Shown piece after piece: positions 56,565-64,000 of a DNA stretch of 64,000 bases (the first letter of the stretch is position 1; every line of letters begins with the position of its first letter). The notes beneath the pieces were generated by a model. The model was not told where the DNA came from, searched no databases, and saw nothing but the letters and a program-made list of their open reading frames with translations. The stretch comes from Polyangiaceae bacterium (lineage in GTDB: Bacteria; Myxococcota_A; Polyangia; Polyangiales; Polyangiaceae): NCBI GenBank assembly GCA_965222375.1, contig CBDCTZ010000013.1, forward strand, positions 64,001-128,000. Reading direction: 5' to 3'. Position numbers and translations under genes: made by a program.

Positions 56565-58136
56565 GTGTCCACGTCTAGCCCGGGTTGCTATAACCCCGGC
56601 GGACCCTCCGTGACGCTCACCCTCCGACTCTGCCCTGCCCTGCTCTGTATGGCCATGGCCGGCTCTTTCGCCGGCCTGTGGCTGAGCCCAGGCATCGCCC
56701 AAGCCGAGGAGTCCAAAGAAGATCGGGCCAAGCGTCACTTCAAGAACGGCGTCAACCTCTACACGGACAAGAACTACGCGGGCGCGATGGCAGAGTTCGA
56801 GGCGGCCTATCGCCTCAAACCCGGCGCCAGCTCCCTGAAGAACATCGCGCTATGCCAAAAGGGCTTGTTTCGCTACACCGAGGCCGCAGGCACTCTGCGC
56901 ACGGCGCTCAACAAGCACGGCAGCGAACTATCTGCGGACGAACGCAAGTCCATCGAAGCCGCCATTGCGGAGTTTTCGGCTCTGGTTGGCACCGTCATCG
57001 TGCGCCCCAGCGTCCCCAAAGCTCGGGTCAGCGTGGACGGCCGCGTGCTGACGGCCGCGGAAATCGGCAAGCCCCTGACCCTCAATGTCGGCGAGCACAC
57101 GATTGTCGCGGATGCACCCGGCCACGCCAAAGCCAGTCGGCTGGTCCGGGTAGCAGGTGGCCAAAAAGACCAGGTCGTCGATCTGGCGCTACGCCCCGTT
57201 GCAGGCTTCGTCACCGTCAAAGCCCAACACCCCGAGGATGCCATCGCCATCGACGGAAAGGGACTGAGCTTCGGCAGCTACTCCGGGCCGGTGCAACCCG
57301 GGCAGCGGATCTTGCAGGTCTATCGCCAAGGGTTCATCAGCTACGAGCAGCGACTGGTGATCGAATTGGGCAAGACCATCGACATCGTGGCGCCGGCGCT
57401 CGAGGCAGACGAAGACGCGCCGCCACCTGAGGTTCCAGGCGCGCCAAAGACGAAGGTGCCCCAGGTACGCGGCTGGTACGGCCTGCTGACCCTGAACGGC
57501 CTCGGCCTGCGCAACGACCCAGAGGATCTCGACATCGACAACGCCTCGGCCAGCGGCGCGGGCGTCGGAGTGCGCGCGGGCTATCGAATCTGGACGCCCA
57601 TCGCCGTGGAGCTGATGCTCGATTCGAGCCGACACGACATTGAGCGCGCGTGTGACCAGCAGGTGGAGCGAACGAAGAGCACACCGCCCTCACGAGACTG
57701 CGGGACAAGTGCGTTCGAACGCGACCTGCAACTGGACTCGTTTCGGCTGGGCCCCAACCTGCGCATCATGAGCGGCGGCGACAACTTGCGGTTCACCTCG
57801 AGCCTCGGTGCTGGCGCGGTGCGCCACCAGCTGGAGCTAAAAAAGCCCGACCCGAACGACCCGGACAAGGACCTGGCCCTGGCGCCGGGCGAGGCCAAAG
57901 GCTGGGATCCGTACTTCATGCTCGAAGTCGGAGCGCAGTACAACTGGGGTCACGTCCTGCTCGAGCTGGACGTGATCATCCTCCTCGACGGCGCGAGCAA
58001 CACCGTCGGTAGCTTCTCGGACGGAAAGAGCTGGGAGCCCTTTGCCGACACCGGTGGCCTGCTCATGGGCGGCCTGGGCCTGCGCGTCGGCTGGAGCGAA
58101 TGGACGCCAGACAGCGCCAAGCCGGTTGCCCGCTGA
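56565..58136 (+). CDS. TPR plus PEGA-domain outer-membrane protein
   Basis: AKRHFKNGVNLY...AMAEFEAAY (TPR); VSVDG...VGEHTIVADAPG (PEGA); beta-rich C-term; start uncertain. Confidence 0.8.
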   Translation: MSTSSPGCYNPGGPSVTLTLRLCPALLCMAMAGSFAGLWLSPGIAQAEESKEDRAKRHFKNGVNLYTDKNYAGAMAEFEAAYRLKPGASSLKNIALCQKGLFRYTEAAGTLRTALNKHGSELSADERKSIEAAIAEFSALVGTVIVRPSVPKARVSVDGRVLTAAEIGKPLTLNVGEHTIVADAPGHAKASRLVRVAGGQKDQVVDLALRPVAGFVTVKAQHPEDAIAIDGKGLSFGSYSGPVQPGQRILQVYRQGFISYEQRLVIELGKTIDIVAPALEADEDAPPPEVPGAPKTKVPQVRGWYGLLTLNGLGLRNDPEDLDIDNASASGAGVGVRAGYRIWTPIAVELMLDSSRHDIERACDQQVERTKSTPPSRDCGTSAFERDLQLDSFRLGPNLRIMSGGDNLRFTSSLGAGAVRHQLELKKPDPNDPDKDLALAPGEAKGWDPYFMLEVGAQYNWGHVLLELDVIILLDGASNTVGSFSDGKSWEPFADTGGLLMGGLGLRVGWSEWTPDSAKPVAR

Positions 58137-58275
58137 GGCATCACGGATGGCCGCCGGGTGAGCGACTCTCAGGACCGGGCCGCCTCGGAAAGGCATCGGT
58201 GAATTGCACTTGTTCCCTGTCACCCGGAAAAAGCCCACTTGCCCGATAGGGTGCGTCCGCACAGACTAATGGCCC

Positions 58276-59406
58276 ATGCACGCTAGGCGTTCGAACATGT
58301 GTTTGGCGGGCGGTTGCGCAATCGCGTTTGGGCTTGTGCTGACGTCGCCGCCCATGGTGTCGACGGCGGTCGGGTGCGCCGGTGGTCCCTCCTTTCCGGC
58401 AGAACGACCCAATAGTGGCTGGGAGACGCTCACCTATCCAGACCAGACGACACTACCCAAGGACGGTGTGATCGTGCTCCGCGGGCTTCGCCATTCGACA
58501 GGCAGCGTGGGCGAGACGGGCGGCGTCAGTGTGACGGTGACGGACGCGGCGGCCAATCCCGTTCCTGGCAAATTCCGATTGGAGCCGACGGATGGCCATT
58601 GGCCCGCAGTGACTTATGTGGTCTGGGCGCCCGACGCACCGCTGCAACCGGGCAACATGTACTCCGTCGCATGGCAAACGGACAGCGGGTTTGTACACAG
58701 CAACCTCATCAACGACAGCGCGACGTTCAACGTCGACGACGCAACTTCAACGCCCAGCCACTTGAAGGCACCGGCACCGAGCTCTGATCGGACACACGCG
58801 CTGACTGGACCGCAGATCCACGGCTGCAATGGCACAGACTGCCAGATTCCACCGTTCGGCAGCGTGGAAATCCAACCGTACGGTATCCGCGTCACGGTCA
58901 ATCCACCGACGGCGCCGAATCAGTATTATGCGCTGTCGCTGCGTGAGGTTCCCGGCAAGGGTACGTTCGCAGAGACCCACGACACTCCGTGGTCCAAGCA
59001 TCGCCAGGTCATGGCGACGCCCTGGTTGGCCCCGCAGGAGCTGACAGCGTGGTTCAACGAAGACCTACCAGAATACTGCGTCGAGTTGGTTCAGCGCGAT
59101 CTGCGCAGCGGCGCCGAGAGCAGGCAAGAGGTGTGTGTGCCCCGAACTGAACAGGCCCCGAATGGGTACCCCCTGCTCAATGGCTTGTTGTCACAGTGCT
59201 CGTCTCCTCCCGCTGGACATCTCGACGCCTGGTGCGCGCTCAACCCGTCCAAAGAAGAGTGCAGCAAGGGCGTGAACTCCGGGAGAGGCGACAGCTCCGG
59301 CTCCGGATGCAGCATCCGCAACGCTCCGCGCCCAGCGCCGCAGGGCGTGCTGCTCGTCGCACTGCTATCGCTGCCGCTGCTCAGGCGCCGACGCCAAGAT
59401 TGCTAG
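58276..59406 (+). CDS. Surface protein with MYXO-CTERM-like sorting signal
   Basis: Ig-like W.PDAPL.PG..Y motif; C-term GSGCS...hydrophobic stretch...RRRR. Confidence 0.75.
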   Translation: MHARRSNMCLAGGCAIAFGLVLTSPPMVSTAVGCAGGPSFPAERPNSGWETLTYPDQTTLPKDGVIVLRGLRHSTGSVGETGGVSVTVTDAAANPVPGKFRLEPTDGHWPAVTYVVWAPDAPLQPGNMYSVAWQTDSGFVHSNLINDSATFNVDDATSTPSHLKAPAPSSDRTHALTGPQIHGCNGTDCQIPPFGSVEIQPYGIRVTVNPPTAPNQYYALSLREVPGKGTFAETHDTPWSKHRQVMATPWLAPQELTAWFNEDLPEYCVELVQRDLRSGAESRQEVCVPRTEQAPNGYPLLNGLLSQCSSPPAGHLDAWCALNPSKEECSKGVNSGRGDSSGSGCSIRNAPRPAPQGVLLVALLSLPLLRRRRQDC

Positions 59407-59525
59407 TTTGGCCACGCTGGTTTCGGGTTGGGATGGACGAACCAAAGGTGACGAACGCAACGGCGAAGTGCCCTGAGGAGTGTTGGGGCCACGCCTCTCG
59501 CGCGTATGCGGCGCGAGAGGCGACG

Positions 59526-59851
59526 TCAACGCCCCGGCACCGGCACCTTGCCTGCGCAAGCGGCACCTTCGGCCACGCGCGCGAAGCCCGGCAACGTCGC
59601 CGCTAGATCTTCGGGGCGCAGTTGTCGCGACACGCCGTGCAGCCTTCGATCCCAACATCGACGAGCACGAGTCGCTTGTCGCTGCGAGCAAGCTCGAAGG
59701 CTTCGGGTCCCCAGGAGCGCCAGGCAATGGGTTGGTGGGCCGGTGCTCGAGCCGACGCGGGTGCGTGCGATCCGCCGCAACCCGGGAGGCTCACGGCGGC
59801 ACATGCCAGCACGAGCCCGGCGACAAAGCGGTGGGTGAGCGGCATCGCCAC
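59526..59851 (-). pseudogene. Remnant of a DUF255/YyaL-like thioredoxin-domain lipoprotein
   Basis: IAWRSWGPEAFELARSDKRLVLVDVGIEGCTACR followed by an early stop after 7 codons. Confidence 0.6.
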
Positions 59852-59990
59852 TGGCTACGAACGACCGCTACGGCCGGTTTCTATGGCGAAGGAGACGCGC
59901 GCGCTGTAGCCGCTGAGGCCCACGCCCACAAGGCTCGCAAGCAGGGCCTCGCGACGCCCTCTCCGGTTCGTGATAGTGCGGAATCGAGCC

Positions 59991-61951
<1,961 letters not shown>

Positions 61952-61955
<4 letters not shown>

Positions 61956-63403
61956 CGGCCTGCCACATCGTGTTGGCCAGCCTCGTGCTGTCGGCCGCCG
62001 CGTGTTCTTCGGACGAGTCCACGTCCGAGGGCACCGGAGGTAGCACGAGCGTGGGCGGCAGCTCGGGCAGTGGGGGCGCGGGAGGCAGTGCTGGCTCAGT
62101 GGGCGGCGGCGCTGCGGGCACGGGTGCTGCGGGCAGTGGCGGCTCGGGCGGAGCCGACGCCGGAGGCGCAGGCGCGGACGGCGGCGCTGGAGCGGATGGC
62201 GGCCCTCCATTGCCGACACTGACCCCCCTGCACGATCAGCACCGCTTCGATCCGGGCAAGATGTTCGGCGGTTGGGGCCCACACTTGGGACACCTGGTGC
62301 GAGCCAACGCGTCCCAAGGCGGTGGCTCCACGCTCTGGTTCGTGGACGACCATTGCGCCCAGGCCGGCGCGGGCTCGCCCGTGTGCGACGCTAACAAGAA
62401 CCATCAGCTCGGCTATTTCGAACACGTCGCGGGTAGCTGGGCGTCCCGAGGCACGGTCGCGCTACCCGGCACGGTGCAACAAAACACCGCGACCATTGCC
62501 GCGGCCGGCGGCAAGCTGCTGCACAGCTTCGGAGTCGATGACGTCAGCCACGTGTTGCGGGAGTGCACCTACACGGTGGCGAGCGGCTCCCAGGGCTGCA
62601 CCACCCTGCCCTTTTCGCTCACGAACAACGCAAACTACATCGGCGCCGCCGTGTCACCTGCCGGTCATCGGGTCGTGTGGTGGACCAACGTCGTGGACGG
62701 CGGCGGCGGCGGATTCCACTACATCGTCGACTACGGCGGCGGTTGGAACGGACCGCGCTCGGGCTCGGCAGCTGGCTACAACGACGCCTCCTACATCAAC
62801 ATCGCCTTTGGCGATCCGACGCCCAACGCGTTCACAATGCACGTCCAGTTCGTTTCGGGGCTGGCTCCCAACTGGGGATTCGTCGGCGGCGTGGGTAGCG
62901 GCGATCTGAGCAACACGGCGCCCGTGACCTGGTCGCTTTCCCTCGCCTCGGTGGCGGGCGATCAGGTCATTTCCACCAACGACATCTGGATCGATCCGAA
63001 CACGAAAGACACGCATCTGGTGGCACGCACCAAGAGCGGCGCCGCGGCGTACTACTTTCGACCTGCGGGAGGCAATTGGTCGCCCGCCAGCTTCACCCTT
63101 CCAGCAACCTTCCGAGCGCGATTCATCGAGTCGGGGGGCCGATTGGTGCTGGTGTACGGCCCGAACGCGGGCGGGCTCGCGTATCGCATCGCGACGTCAT
63201 CGGACCGGGTCGCGAAAAAAGCCATCGATTGGCAGAAGTTGAGCGAGCGACAGGTAACGCTGCCCGCAGGGTTTGGCTCCATCGTCGCGATCTACCCGGA
63301 GAGCCCCGTGTACCAAGCCGCGCCCGCGCAAGGCATTCACGCCGTGGTCGTAGGCTCCGGCAGCGAAAACGAAACCCTGCACGTAGCCATCGAGCCGGGC
63401 TAG
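61952..63403 (+). CDS. Lipoprotein with Gly-rich linker, beta-rich (propeller-like)
   Basis: GTGA overlap with acs; lipobox AAAC; Gly-rich tether. Confidence 0.75.
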
Positions 63404-63409
63404 CCCCGC

Positions 63410-64000
63410 TCACTGGGACGTGCCCGACCAATCGAAGTCGACCGCGACGGCTTCGTGGTCTGAAAGATCTTTGCCCGCAGAGTCCACGAAGCTCTTGTCC
63501 ACCCGCCAATTCTTGGGCGTCAGGGTCAGGGTCGCGTTGCCCCGGAACATGATGCGGTCGATGCGCTTGGGCTCCGCGCAGCCCAGCACGCGGCAGGTAT
63601 CTTGAAGCCCCGCCCCGGTCATCAGCGCCTGCAACATGACCTCGTCTTCGGCGTCTTTCATGTTGGTATCACCGACCACCAAAATAGGCATGCCGGTGGA
63701 TCGCGCCTTGATCGCGGCCAATAGCTGCTGCGTCTGCGCCTGACGAGCGTCGTAGTCTTCCTGCTTCTTGTGCCCCGCGTCCATGTGCAGGTTGTAAACG
63801 TCGATCCAGACGTCCTTGCCGAAGTGATGCAGCCCAACGGAAAAGCCCTTCTTGGTCAGGCAGTCACTGCCCGAATCGAAGGTGCCATGGCACACGTCCC
63901 AGGCCTTGCGCGTGAAGCCGGAGAATTGAAAGCGAGCCAGACGGTTGAGGCCGTCCCCCAAGGCGCCACCGGTCGACAGGGGCACGGACTTGAAGGTGTG
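63410..64000 (-). CDS. Endonuclease/exonuclease/phosphatase (sphingomyelinase-like) protein, 3' part
   Basis: DGL, KG, YNLHMDAG, VGDTN, IDRIMFR and LSDHEAV motifs. Confidence 0.88.
   Translation of the reverse strand, partial: HTFKSVPLSTGGALGDGLNRLARFQFSGFTRKAWDVCHGTFDSGSDCLTKKGFSVGLHHFGKDVWIDVYNLHMDAGHKKQEDYDARQAQTQQLLAAIKARSTGMPILVVGDTNMKDAEDEVMLQALMTGAGLQDTCRVLGCAEPKRIDRIMFRGNATLTLTPKNWRVDKSFVDSAGKDLSDHEAVAVDFDWSGTSQ

Overview
This GC-rich bacterial window most likely comes from a myxobacterium (Myxococcota, Polyangiaceae-like). That assignment is inferred from TIGR04551-like barrels, a MYXO-CTERM tail, several Hanks-type Ser/Thr kinases and many Cys-rich lipoproteins. Housekeeping genes include murB, alaS, rpsT, acs, an S1-domain protein, Mrp/ApbC, a MacAB-like exporter and an RlmD/TrmA-like methyltransferase; they are interleaved with envelope and redox genes. 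Main observations: (1) a thioredoxin-fold selenoprotein candidate missing from the ORF track (36250-36618, minus; UxxC with in-frame TGA and a SECIS-like hairpin), one of five apparently intact redoxin genes; (2) an IS110-family, IS1111-type element (~26340-27962) whose downstream non-coding region carries guide-like matches to its own junction and a duplicated 24-bp module; (3) an HNH endonuclease gene bracketed by two ~159-bp palindrome-rich direct repeats; (4) a 57-aa basic ORF lying between a sigma70-type promoter and rpsT; (5) a tandem duplicated outer-membrane barrel gene, a frameshifted TSP3 barrel gene and several apparent pseudo-enzymes. All calls come from reading motifs by eye; no searches were run.
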